A stretch of DNA of 62,446 bases, filler included, from Globobulimina sp. (GCA_003354225.1; 29 parts of 29 records of this genome joined end to end with filler, not necessarily neighbours in it); one strand, 5' to 3'. Positions 25,522-37,964 are shown, counted from the first letter of the whole stretch. The notes: generated from the sequence alone by a model not told the origin. Translations and numbers: made by a program.

Positions 25522-25645
25522 TTCTAACTTTGTCAAATCGAAGAGTTGTCTTTCCTTTTAGGACCTATCTGATTGACACAATACACACAATACAACAAAG
25601 CAAAAGTCAAGCAAAATGACGAAAAAGTTAGTGTGCTGATCCCTA
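25522..25645. repeat. Dispersed repeat, copy 1 (possible DNA-transposon/MITE end)
   Basis: Aligns with 43180-43316: TTCTAACTTTGTCAAATCG...GTCTTTCCTTTTAG...CAAGCAAAATGACGAAA.AGTTAGTGTG. Confidence 0.85.
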
Positions 25646-25892
25646 ATCGTATCAAAATTTTTTTGGGTACCCCATGTTTTGCCTAACAAAAAAAACAATA
25701 TTCAACTACACTGTGTTTACATAAAAAGTAGTGGTTAAACAGTAAATATACTGTTTGTCTATTTGTTTTTTCAGAGAAAAACAGTGGAAGAGNNNNNNNN
25801 NNNNNNNNNNNNNNNNNNNNNNNNNNNNNNNNNNNNTTAATTAATTAANNNNNNNNNNNNNNNNNNNNNNNNNNNNNNNNNNNNNNNNNNNN

Positions 25893-27791
25893 ATTACCTT
25901 TGAAATTATTGAGATCTTTCTGCGTAAAAATATCCTGTGGCTTACACCATGAATGTCTAAATGGACAATTACCATTCAAACATTGTTTATTTTTTGCAAT
26001 AAATAAAGGACAATAACGCTGAGTGCCCAACCTCGCTTTTAATTTGCTCCCATCATCAAATATATACTCATTACAGAAATGCACTGCATTTAATGCAGAT
26101 ATATCATTGTCATATGTAATAAGTGCGGACCTGAATGAAGTAATTGAGATATCGATAACTGTGACAGTACCAAATTGGCCAAACCATTGCTGACTGCTTA
26201 ATATTGGCTTTGTAGCAATGTTATCTGACAAACCAACTACAAAACAAACGTTACGTTTACGTATTTTAATCTTTTCTAATCTTTTCGCAGATAAATGGCC
26301 ATGAGGATTGATGCTCAGATCAGATTTGAACATTGTTGTTTGTAGCGGTGCAGTGAAGTCAATGTCAGAGGAGCCTTCAATTTGCGTTGTTTCATATTGT
26401 TCTGCATCATCATCGTTATCACTGTCGCTCTCAATCACTGTCTGTTTTGTAACCTTTGTCACAATTTGTGCTGCAGCTGCTGCTGCATTCACTTTTGCTG
26501 CGTCACGAACTGCTTTATTGATGGTGTTGATTTTCCGCAGGTTATAGCATTTAATTCTAATTGCTGCTTTATTTGAAAATTTGCGTAACTCATCAATTTT
26601 ATGTTGAATATATAGAATGTACGGAAACTGCAATTGAGCAATGCCAGTGCCGATACTGTGGAATATTACTTGTTTACCATTTTGATAATATTTGTCTTTC
26701 CCATTCGTAGCTATATCGGTTAATGTTGGCGAGGGAATAATGATATCGTTTCCATTCAATAAATGTTGCTGTAACGGTTTAAATTGTCTGTTGATTAATG
26801 TCTGAAAATCAGTCAATTTTGGTACTGTTTGCAGGTAGAAAGTGGTAATAATCCCATACGCAAATAATGTATCATAAGCTCCGATAACTCCGGCTTGTCC
26901 ACCATTGAATTGTCTTTTTGCATTCTTATTTCTTTTGTTATCCACATCATTGTCACCAAACAATACTTTGGGGGCCGAATCCACTTTGTTTTTAGCATAT
27001 TGCTCCAGTGTTTGCAACAACGTTTGATTGATCCATTGTGTTTGATAAAATATTAAACCTCGTTTAGATTTTTTCGATTTTTTAATTTTCCTAATGATCC
27101 AAAATGAATATGGAAAAGCCCCAGAACATAACTGCCACTTCTTTGCATTGTGAGTGGTTATGGATTTGGTATAGTTCATAGCTTCGTACTTTGACAATAA
27201 TTCATCTATTTTGTTAATGTCTGGTCGCTTCTTTTTATCGCCAGGTAAACACAACTGTATTGACTGAGCTGTAATGGGATTTATTTGGTGTTTTAGAAGC
27301 CATACAATTTTATGCAATGATCTCATGTCATCTGTGGACTGTGGAGCATGTTTGAACGATGCATATGCGGATTGATATGTTTTTGGATCGGGATGTATAT
27401 ATTGTTGCTTTTCGTCATTATCAAATCCCGGGGATCCAGTACTTGTGCTTTGTTTCTTCAATTCAAGGTTTAGAAGGAGACGTAACGGATTCTTTAGTTT
27501 CCGTGATGTAATATTATTGTTATTGTTTGTATCTTCATTTTCTGATTCTGATTCTGAGTCAGTCTCAATTGCTTCAAAAGCAGTTTCTAAATTATCAACA
27601 TCGGTGTTATACTCAATATCATCATCATCGATAATATTTATTGTATATCTTTGTAGCTGGTCGTTTGTTAATTGTTGTTTAGCTATTTTTATTAATTCAT
27701 TGCATGTACATTCTTCTAAGTATGCCACTGTTGTGGGCGTACCATTATTGATTCTGAATTGAACCGGGAAACCTGTCACTTTGTTTGACAT
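25893..27791 (-). CDS. Multidomain protein: macro-like domain, Not4/CNOT4-type RRM and CCCH finger; 3'-truncated
   Basis: RNVCFVVGL..QWFGQFG..SALITY..LGTQRYC..C..C..H matches the Not4 RRM-C3H pattern. Central LFGDN..GGQAG..YGIIT..IIIP..IGTGIAQL. Confidence 0.7.
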
Positions 27792-28049
27792 GATGTACCT
27801 CAGCGAACACAGCAACGTGCCAAAATGTTAGGCTACTCACAGTAAATTTAAGCAGCTCAGCAAGTTTACATGGCTTTTAAGGGGGGTTAATATGATCCGC
27901 ATCATTTAAGTGTACACTTTAGCTTCTCATTTTTAGTTATTTTAATTAANNNNNNNNNNNNNNNNNNNNNNNNNNNNNNNNNNNNNNNNNNNNTTAATTA
28001 ATTAANNNNNNNNNNNNNNNNNNNNNNNNNNNNNNNNNNNNNNNNNNNN

Positions 28050-28819
28050 ATCGCTTGCTTTCCATTAATATCCATTACATATTGATGCATATAACGCGTA
28101 TTTTTACTACATATTTCTTGCAATTTTCTGTCATATTTATTACAAATTGCAGCCATTATGGAACGTGTATCCATTTGAACTGATTTTAATTCTTTCCAAT
28201 AAGTGCATGTTAATAATATTTGAAACCTATAATAATATCGATACCTATCAACAGCCACAAATATTGATTGCAATCTAAACCAATGTAAATTAAACATATT
28301 CCTTTTCCATATTTTATTATTGATATCCATTGATACACATTTATCATTTTCTTGATTATCATTTCGTTCATCTACAAATAAGATGTTTTTTAATGTGCAG
28401 TCATTTACAGATTGAATTTGTGCGTCCACTTCGCAACGAATTTGTATGCCTTCCGGATATTTTCTGTTTGCATCCAAATGTTTATATATTTTAACAATGG
28501 CACCCAATTTGGTACGATATTCATTTTTCATTTCATTACAGAATACTCTCTTATTTGGATTGTTTGCAATAAAAAAATGAACGGCAACAACTGAATCAAA
28601 TGCTAATGTCGCCATTGGTTGACACTCTGTTTTAGATTTTGGAGCAATCCCATCTTCATTGCATAGTGTGCTGTCTGTCTGGTGATATGCCACACCTTCA
28701 ATACCTAATAAATTGTAAACAAACAGACGAATGTTGAATGTTGAGAGAACTACAGAGAACATTTTATGTACAAAATAAGCATAATTATTAATATACCATT
28801 TAAATGGAGAAGAATACAT
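28050..28819 (-). CDS. Hypothetical protein fragment
   Basis: ORF of about 256 codons running off the contig; no recognised motif. Confidence 0.45.
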
Positions 28820-29222
28820 TGTTGCATGTGGCCAATGTGTGTTCTCATATTAATATGTTGACGAATATAACCACTCACAACTTCCTGTTATTTGTATTGA
28901 CCGATGTCAGTCAGTTAATGTCATGCAGCGTTTATGAGGCAAAAGGGCGAAACTTTTATTTTGAATGGCGGAGCAATGCGTGTCATGACCACAGTATGGC
29001 AGCTAGGCACAAAAAACCTACACATTAATTTAAATCTTTTTATTGTTACCATCAAAAATTACGTACTACCATTAATAGTGATATATATACAAAAAGCTAG
29101 TGTATTAATTTTACAGTTAAATGAATAAAAAAAGTTTATATTTAAATGGAAAGTGAGAAAGTGAAGAATTTTTGGAATTATTAAATATATCATATGCAAT
29201 AGATCAGCAGCAGCAGCAAGGT

Positions 29223-30106
29223 TTAACCATAATAATTATAATAAATATCGTTTTCTGTATATTTATAATATTTTGATTGGTTTGCTATATTATTTAAACA
29301 CCATTGAATTACATCAATTTCATAAACAACATTATTTTTTATTTTATTGTAATAGCTAATGTTATAACCCCTCCTTTCAGGCAAATATGACACAAAATAC
29401 TCAATGCCTAATCTATAATTAATAGCATCAATTAATATTTCTTTTTCATGTGGTTTTAATTTTGCATTCGTATTATTAGTTTGAGTCAAATATATTTCTT
29501 TGATGCAGGCATCCACCAAAATATATTTCTTGCCAGAAAATGTTAAACAATTTTGTGGATTTCTACAGATTCCAACAACATTTTCTTTATTCAAATCATA
29601 TAATAAAGATTTACGGCGTCCATCCATTTTGGTTGCCATTAACATTGGATTTGTATTTAAATTTGTATTTAATCCAATCAATGAATAACTATTTTCGTTT
29701 AACCACAATAAATTTGACTCATTCGACGTGTTAATTACTGCCAAACCATTACATTTTGCAATTTTACAATATTTTGAATTGTTGTCAATTTTATCATCCT
29801 TTGCTAATATTCCACCACGAACCGCTTCGTTTATTTTCTCAATTTTATCAACATTTATTTTAAATGAGCTGTTCCATGCAATCGGACCGTTTAAGCCACC
29901 AAAATATTTAAAATGAGCATACATTGAAATTATATCATTTATGTCGTATAATGCTAATAAAACAAATCGTATATTACGTATTTTACCTATATTATTATTC
30001 AGATTATTTACTATTTCATCGCAAATTTTTAATTTTGATTCAAAATCATTATTTGTGGCACCATTAAATATTAACACATCATGTACTAAAAATTCATAAT
30101 CATCCT
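29223..30106 (-). CDS. Hypothetical protein, C-terminal part
   Basis: ORF of 284+ codons from near the contig edge; no recognised motif. Confidence 0.55.
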
Positions 30107-30306
30107 NNNNNNNNNNNNNNNNNNNNNNNNNNNNNNNNNNNNNNNNNNNNTTAATTAATTAANNNNNNNNNNNNNNNNNNNNNNNNNNNNNNNNNNNNNN
30201 NNNNNNAATTGATAAGAAATTTATTAAGATCGAACCGGTGAAAATTGAAGGCTTTGGAGGTGAAATCAAGTAGCAACCTTCAATTAAACCGCCCGTAGCG
30301 AATAAT

Positions 30307-32263
30307 TTGGATAATGCGAAGAATTCAGATGTTGGGGTTGTAGCGGCCGAGAATGGCATGATTATCGCGGAGGGACTTTGTCAATTTATGAGCAAGAAAG
30401 GTGTGGATGAATGGGTCATTAATGCGATAAAAGGCAAAATAGGCAACGCAACGTATAAAGTGGACAGTGCTGAGGATATGGCCGCGTTACAACGACATGT
30501 TTATAATGCGGTTTGTGTCAATATTCAGTTGAATGCATATTATACTCCACAGCAAAAGTATAATGGGATTAAAAAATCTGAGGCAGTGGGAAACGACGAA
30601 GAGAAAAAGCCAAATGTTTCTGAAACAAAGGATGAAGAGAATGCGAATGGATATCAAGAAGATGATAATAAGAATCAGGACGAAAATGGCCAACTTAACC
30701 GATTGGTGAAACATTATGTGATGACAAATTGCAATGTGCTCCAATCAAAAACAGCCAATGAAGCTTCGAAATATGTGGAATTAGATAGCAATAAATTATG
30801 CCAATTCGTGCGTAATTTGCATGTCGTAGCAGACAAAAAAATAGATTTCATTCAAGATGCATTGAATGATAAATATGATATTTCAAACGAATCATTACAG
30901 GCACAATTATTGAGACAAATTGCGGAAACTATTGTGCTTTACGATGAGTTATCCATTTATTCGTTAAACAAACGAAATAAAAGCAAATCACTTAATTTTA
31001 ATATCGAGTCGTTGGTGGTGGAGTATATTAAGATTGTTGAAGCCATTGTGTATGTTGGACGTGATTATGATAAACACATTCAAAAATATAAGGAGACCGG
31101 CTATGAAGACTATGATTCTGATGAGGAAGAACTTGGCCTTATTTCGACTTTTTGTGATGTCGATGGCCATACAATTTTAGAAAAATGGGGCTTGCAGCAA
31201 TTCTATGAACGAATGGTTGATGAGGGTTGGAAGAATCCGTTGGATTGGATACATATAAACGACCAGGTATTGAAACAATCGCTAGGATTCCGACCAGGCC
31301 ATATTAAGATATTTAATCGCAAGTTTGATTTATGGATCAGAAAATATAACGAAATCCGAACCTCGTATATCACTCCAAAAAAGAAAGGCAAAGATGGTAC
31401 ATTGTTAGTGCGTGCTAACGAGACCAAAATATTGAAATCCAATCATAACTATGAATACACAAAGATAGTGATTCGAAAAGGCGGCAGAATCACCACCGAA
31501 GCGTGGTCACCCACTCATCAACGGGGCGGCGTTTTGTTCATTACAAGTCATCAGGAACTGGTATTGGAGGAGGGCGCAGTGATTAGTTTGAGTGGGAAAG
31601 GCTATTGGGGCTCAGGTACGTTTGTAAGATGGTTTGCGTCGATTTGTATTTAATATGTACGGTATTTCAGACCATCCGGATTTCAAAGGATATGGCCCTG
31701 GCGGTGGAGGCTCGGTGTACAACACAGGCGGTTTGTGTGGAGCGGGTGGAGCTGGATATAGTAAGCCTGGAACAGCTGGATATACGCCGGAATACCTCCG
31801 TGTTGAAGAAGAGAAGTTTTTGGATGATGAGCTGTTTTCTGTTGCTGAAGAAGAGGATGACCAGTTACGGCAACATGACCCAGACAGAATTGAGGGAGCT
31901 GCGGGCAAAGAGTATGGCAATGAGAGAATTGAGTGCTTGGATGTTGATTTTGATATCGATTTCCATGCCAATGGGGATGCAACAGGTACGTTTGTAACAT
32001 AGTTTGCGTTGATTTGTATTTGATATATATGATATGTCAGATGCTGCAGTGAAAAGTCACAGTGCCGCGATGGGCTCAGGTGGGGGATGTTATGCTGTGG
32101 CTGGGGAGAGAACGCGTGGTGGTACAGGCGGTGGTGCTGTGAAAATTGTGTGTGATAAGTTAATAATGTATGAGAACTCTGTAATTCGCGCGGACGGATA
32201 CTTTGATTTAACCAATGCGCATCCACGGACATCCGGAGGATCCGGGGGCAGTGTATGGGTCAC
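30307..32263 (+). CDS. SAM-like domain plus glycine-rich repeat protein, 3'-truncated (start uncertain); introns 31616-31670 and 31986-32040
   Basis: SAM-like LEKWGLQQFYERMVDEGW..LGFRPGHI; GGVLFI..ISLSGKGY, GYGPGGG, GSGGG, GGGAVKI, GGSGGSVW. Both introns restore the frame. Confidence 0.8.
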
Positions 32264-32665
32264 NNNNNNNNNNNNNNNNNNNNNNNNNNNNNNNNNNNNN
32301 NNNNNNNTTAATTAATTAANNNNNNNNNNNNNNNNNNNNNNNNNNNNNNNNNNNNNNNNNNNNCACCAATTATTGAATGTTTAATTGACGATTCAGATGA
32401 TGAGGTGGTGGATGTTGATGAGGTTGATGAGGTAGGTTTAGCACTTAATGCACTAACCGATATATTATCAACTGAAACCGTTATTAGTAATGAGGTTTAA
32501 TGCATGATGGATTTTTCGGATGATGAATCACATGTAACTGTAAAGAAAACAATTAAAATCAAAAAAACAAGTAAAACTATTAAACGGAGAATTAAAGTTA
32601 GACGAAAACAAAAACAAAAACAGAAAAATTAAAAAAATATAATATACATTATTAATATATAGTCA

Positions 32666-33364
32666 ATGAACGATATATTAATAAACAATAATGATAACAT
32701 ATATAAATATCTTGTAAATATTCCACCAAATAACTTATTCAAATACGGCATTATATTAATCATCGCGTTTTGTGTAATAAACTCATTACCGCTCGAACAA
32801 AAACATTTTTCTATATTAGGGGTATCTCTGTTAATAATATATTTTTTATCAACACGTGATAATAGCACAATGAACAGTAGAATGTTAGATCTAAAACGAA
32901 AATTACAAACGATAACACCAACGCCTAAATATTTTCACATCGACTCAACATTCGTGGAAATTATTTATTCAATACGGGATTTTAAAAAATATAATCCGGT
33001 ATTGTATGAAAAACTTATTACCCTAATAGACATATTCTTGAAAGTTGTAAAACAGTCTGAGGATGTTAACGATGAAGGTATATATAATTTATACGAAAAT
33101 ATTAACGATATTAAGAAGAGTATCTTAAACAATTTTATGTCATTTATTTTTAATTTGCCAATTGATGTGAAGCGAACAAAGTTTTTGGAAGAAACTACCA
33201 AAAACTTACAATATATACTCAATTACCATACAGAAATTATTAGAAAGAAAGGTAATGATTATATGGGTAAAACTGGACATAAAAATACTACTAAATACAT
33301 TAACAAAGTTGGCCCAAAACCCGAGGACGCAACATTCAATGCACATTTTGATTTGTTTGTTTAA
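32666..33364 (+). CDS. NCLDV-like hypothetical membrane protein (two N-terminal TM helices)
   Basis: Intronless and tightly packed with RPB10 and P8-like genes; its stop shares TTAA with the convergent RPB10 stop. Confidence 0.65.
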   Translation: MNDILINNNDNIYKYLVNIPPNNLFKYGIILIIAFCVINSLPLEQKHFSILGVSLLIIYFLSTRDNSTMNSRMLDLKRKLQTITPTPKYFHIDSTFVEIIYSIRDFKKYNPVLYEKLITLIDIFLKVVKQSEDVNDEGIYNLYENINDIKKSILNNFMSFIFNLPIDVKRTKFLEETTKNLQYILNYHTEIIRKKGNDYMGKTGHKNTTKYINKVGPKPEDATFNAHFDLFV

Positions 33365-33549
33365 CTCGCCATTTTCTCGATTAAATCAATATGCGTGAGC
33401 AACATTCTTCGACAACAATACTTTTTAACTTTTAATTTTTCAAAGATTTCTTTCTTTGTTTTCTCATCTTCTTCACACATTTTTTGATATTTTTTCCATT
33501 TTGACGCGATAATAGCATTACACGAATAACAACGGACTGGGATAATCAT
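33361..33549 (-). CDS. rpb10: DNA-directed RNA polymerase subunit RPB10/RpoN (viral context)
   Basis: MIIPVRCYSC..YCCRRMLLTHID signature. Confidence 0.95.
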   Translation of the reverse strand: MIIPVRCYSCNAIIASKWKKYQKMCEEDEKTKKEIFEKLKVKKYCCRRMLLTHIDLIEKMAS

Positions 33550-33625
33550 TTTGTATTTTAATATTATATACAAAATAAATTTTAATTAATTTTTTTTATC
33601 TATATACATTTATATAATCATAATT

Positions 33626-34177
33626 ATGAGCCGAATTGGACGTACTATGGATGAATTAATGAGCGAACGAAGTATGAAAAACATTACAAAAGTTGATAAA
33701 CATATATCGCATTTATACGTAGATAAACATAACACCAACGATAAAGTTAATACAAACTTCCGCAAGACTGCGCTAAAGGGTGTAATTGAGACAACGTTAT
33801 TAAGTAATTTATTTTTCTCCGATGCAAATATCCAGAATATCCAAAATGAACTAAGATACAATATCTATAATATCTCAAAGGGTAAATATATCATCCCTAA
33901 GCAAAATAAAACACAACTTCAGGAACATATGAGAGTAATATTCCTCGATGATTCAAAGAACTTAAAAGATCATATTACTGAACAAATCCGCGGTTTGAAT
34001 GATATACTAATTAACAAACTAACAAAGGTTATGATAACGCAAATCAAGAGTGAGCTTAGATATCTTGAAGATATATCTGCGCCACGAAAAATAATGAATC
34101 GCCCAACTGCTACATACCAAAATAAATCATTGGATATGACACCTCAAATTGGATTTGGGCCAAACTACAAAAAATAA
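33626..34177 (+). CDS. NCLDV minor capsid protein P8-like
   Basis: LSNLFFSDANIQNIQNELRYNIY..IPKQ..L..HMRVIFL..QIRGLN..YLEDIS matches the P8 central-region pattern. Confidence 0.75.
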   Translation: MSRIGRTMDELMSERSMKNITKVDKHISHLYVDKHNTNDKVNTNFRKTALKGVIETTLLSNLFFSDANIQNIQNELRYNIYNISKGKYIIPKQNKTQLQEHMRVIFLDDSKNLKDHITEQIRGLNDILINKLTKVMITQIKSELRYLEDISAPRKIMNRPTATYQNKSLDMTPQIGFGPNYKK

Positions 34178-34217
34178 ATTAAAATTTAATACATATATAG
34201 TTATAACAATAACAACT

Positions 34218-34420
34218 ATGAATACAACTTTTATTACTGAATTAGCTAAATTATCTCAACAAAACAAAAACTTTTATAGCGATTTAACAAATATTTTATA
34301 CTTCGGTGAAGATGAATCTACTGAAAAATGCGATATAATTAATAAAACTCATCAAATAAATATTTTCAATGTTGATATTGGTATTGAAAATGCATTAGAA
34401 GAAAAAACCGATGTTATTAT
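34218..34420 (+). CDS. Viral hypothetical protein, 3'-truncated
   Basis: ATG after a short AT-rich spacer; open to the contig end. Confidence 0.45.
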
Positions 34421-34520
34421 NNNNNNNNNNNNNNNNNNNNNNNNNNNNNNNNNNNNNNNNNNNNTTAATTAATTAANNNNNNNNNNNNNNNNNNNNNNNN
34501 NNNNNNNNNNNNNNNNNNNN

Positions 34521-35490
34521 TATCATTATTGTTTGCATTCTTCTCACTGCCAATGCCAAAAATATGTTTCATTTGCGATTTATACCGCTCATGAAACGGC
34601 AATATTTGTTGCTTTACATCATACTTTTTATGTTTTTTGCGTCTATATTTGCTATCCTTTGGTGGTGAAGGCAGCGATAAAAAATCTTTCAAATCAACAA
34701 TATGAGACTTCCGAGTGGGACTTTTGGATTTGTTGTTGTTTGAATGTGAAGGAATATGTGCAATAATCTGTGACTTTCGAGTGGGGATTTTTGATTTGTT
34801 TTGATTTGAATGCGATGGAATGTTGGCAATGATCTGCGGCGAAGCAAATGTTAAATGGTTCCTTTTCCTGTTTGTTGATGCATTTATATTCAATTTGAGA
34901 TCATCGTCAGTGAGAGTTGTATGTTGTGGCTGTAATAAGGATGGAAGAGAGGCATTTAATGACTCGATCTCGAATATATCATTTTGGGTTTTACTGCCTT
35001 GATTTGTCCGATTAAGCGGCGATGTGTCGTCTAATGAGACGCGAAATGACTGTAACTTCTCAAAGACATTTTGAAATGACGAGGGAGAGGATATGGACAT
35101 ATTGGATGAAGATGAAGACGTTGGAATTTGTAAATGTTGCTTTTTTTCTTCGGATTTAGTGTGTCTGCTTTGTTCAGTATTGAATTGTAAGACGTTTGTA
35201 GATGATATGGTGGATGGAGTGCATGGAGTTAATGGTATTTCTATATTGTTGTTGTGGCGGTGTTTGTGGTGATTGATATTGTTCGAATTGTTTGATTTTG
35301 TCTCATCGTGAATGAGAGTCTTTTTATTGTGTTGTTTTTGATTGAGATTCATAACTATGTTATCGTCGCCATTTTGTGAATCAGGCGATATTGAAGCTGT
35401 GGATGTATCGAGATGGATGCGAAAATTACGAATGCGATTGAATATACTGTTTGTGGATGATGGAGTTGATTTGGCCTCTGATCGGGACAT
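34521..35490 (-). CDS. Low-complexity S/N/H-rich protein, 3'-truncated
   Basis: ORF of 320+ codons with internal repeats (FNRIRNFRIHLD / FEKLQSFRVSLD; QIIANIPSHSN / QIIAHIPSHSN). Confidence 0.6.
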
Positions 35491-35971
35491 TATTCCGATG
35501 AAAAGAGCTTGTGTTTGAAAGTAAAATCACCAGTAGGCAGCATATGATCAATGGTGTTTGTTGTTAGGAGGATGGTTTGTTAGCAGTGTGCTGTTGTTAG
35601 TTTAAGGTTTTTTTTTAGTAAAATTGTTTATGTCGTAGTTATATCATACTATATACATGTCCACATTTATGTTCGACGAATGTTTTTTATTCGATCATAT
35701 CCAAGAAAATAATATTTATGTTATGAATAATTTCCATGAATAATTTATCATCTGTGCATGATTACATTTTGTGAGCATTGTAGTTTTTTTATTGTTTTTA
35801 ATTTTGTGTCTCATTGTCATTAATCCGGAAACACCACCTTTGGCATATGCACTGCAGCACACTATTGACCTAATTTTCATTGTAGTGATCGGATTTCAAC
35901 TTTTGAGCAATAGTTGTGAGCTATACTAATAGTTGTCTAACAGACACTTTTCTTAGCTATACTCTGGCATC

Positions 35972-36521
35972 ATGTCACCGATGCAAGTGTTATTAATATT
36001 GTACATATATTTTCTAAACTGTTGCCTATCGCGAACATGTACATGCACTCATTTCGAAGAAACAACTTGTGATCTGAATACTTTATGTGAATGGATGCGC
36101 CAATATGACTTATGTCGCTCCATTGAATGGGCTCTGTGTGAAATGGATGATGAATGTAAAGACAATAGAGACCCAACAACTGGCGAACCTGATGCTGACT
36201 GGCCATTTGATTGTCCACAACAACATCAACAGCTCAAATCAGTTACAACCACAACCACTCCTACAAACTCAGATGAATGCTCTGAAATTGGCAAACGCAG
36301 AGGTCAATTATGTGAATGTACCCTAGCCGGACCATGCAAAGGTTCAGCTGATGAGTGTGAGGACGGCCCACAAGTATCATGCTCTAGTGGTGGCACTTGT
36401 TGTTGTGGTACCTGCCAAAATTCGCCTGGCGGCAATAATAGACCGCCACCACCGCCACCACAAAATATGACAAATGGAAACCGGACAAATGGACCACCGC
36501 CACCACCACCAAAGGGAGGAG
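35972..36521 (+). CDS. Secreted Cys-rich, Pro-rich protein (first exon)
   Basis: Signal peptide, many Cys, polyproline tracts; probable donor GTATGC at 36522. Confidence 0.6.
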
Positions 36522-36676
36522 GTATGCGTTTATATACAATACATATAAGTGTTTCTGGTGCGTTGTATACATATTANNNNNNNNNNNNNNNNNNNNNNNN
36601 NNNNNNNNNNNNNNNNNNNNTTAATTAATTAANNNNNNNNNNNNNNNNNNNNNNNNNNNNNNNNNNNNNNNNNNNN

Positions 36677-37851
36677 GTACATTACCATTCTCTAACATCC
36701 GTATAGCAGTCGGATAACAATTTGGTCCTAAATGTCCACCGCGTAAATTAATCTCCTTTTCATCAGATATTTTTGTCATATTTACTGCGACATCATGTTT
36801 AAACACTGAATATTCGACAAAAGTGCCCTTTCTTCTCAACATTTCAAGTCCCTGCACTACAGATTGCGGCGCACCGCTCGCCTCAATATATTTATGACAG
36901 CCATAAAAATTTGTAATCTCCATAATTGATTTAACCACATCCGTTTTTAACGGGTTCCATACTTCCGTGGCACCGCATTTCTTTGCAATTTGTAACTTAT
37001 CATCATCCAAATCCAATACTACTATTTCTTTTGCTGATTTTAATGCCGCCGCGCACACAGCGCCTAATCCAACAGCTCCCGCACCTGTTTTTGTATAACG
37101 TTTTTTTTTTATTTTGTGTATAACGTTTTTGTATAAAAGTACCTGAGATAACAACAACATCATTTAATTGTATATCAGCCCTATGTGCCGCATGAATGCC
37201 GCACGATAATGGTTCGATATACACCGCCGCGGAGGGTGTCAAGTCTTGCGATACTTTGTGGATCCTGGAATTATGTACATACTTCATATAATTTGCCATG
37301 CCGCCATTACACATTGTGCGAAAACCATAGATTTCATGCGGTGATCGATATCTTCCATTCCAGGGATTACATACATTATAATCACCATTCAAGCATAACT
37401 CGCATTCATTACATGGTACAATTTGTTCTGCAATGGCTTGATCGCCTAATTGTAATCCATACAGTTCGGAGGCATTGTCACCTAAAGCTACCACATTACC
37501 AATAAATTCATGTCCTGCGATAACACCAATTTGACAGTATGCTTCGCCAAATTCATTCTCAGCCCAAAATAATGGCGCACCTAAATAACATTTCGTATCA
37601 CCTGCGCATATTCCTACGCGTGTCACATTTATTAATACCTCATCAGGTAACAAATCAATTGGAATTTTCTTCTTTTCATATCGATAATCTTCTTTTCCAT
37701 AACATACCACTGAATTCATAAATTCATGGCGCAATCCAAAGTCTACTTTCCCATTACATAAGAATCTGTTGCTAATTGAACTTAATGGCGTAGGTCTTAC
37801 AATGCGCCTTGATTGATTTTGTATGGTGCGAAGGAAATTCGTGGATAACAT
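36677..37851 (-). CDS. Zn-dependent MDR alcohol dehydrogenase (erythritol/threitol dehydrogenase-like) with a mitochondrial-type presequence; intron 37085-37142
   Basis: GICAGD, GHEF, C..C..C..C structural Zn site, EPLSC, SG-AGAVG after splicing, HLGP; Arg/Ser-rich acid-free N-terminus. Confidence 0.9.
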
Positions 37852-37964
37852 AATATTATTTTTTAAAAAAGTTTTTTTTTGTTTTTTTTCTTGACATTAT
37901 TCGATTTATATTCTTCAAAACACTAAGAAATGCACACGTACACAGTTGCACACAATTAAGTAAC

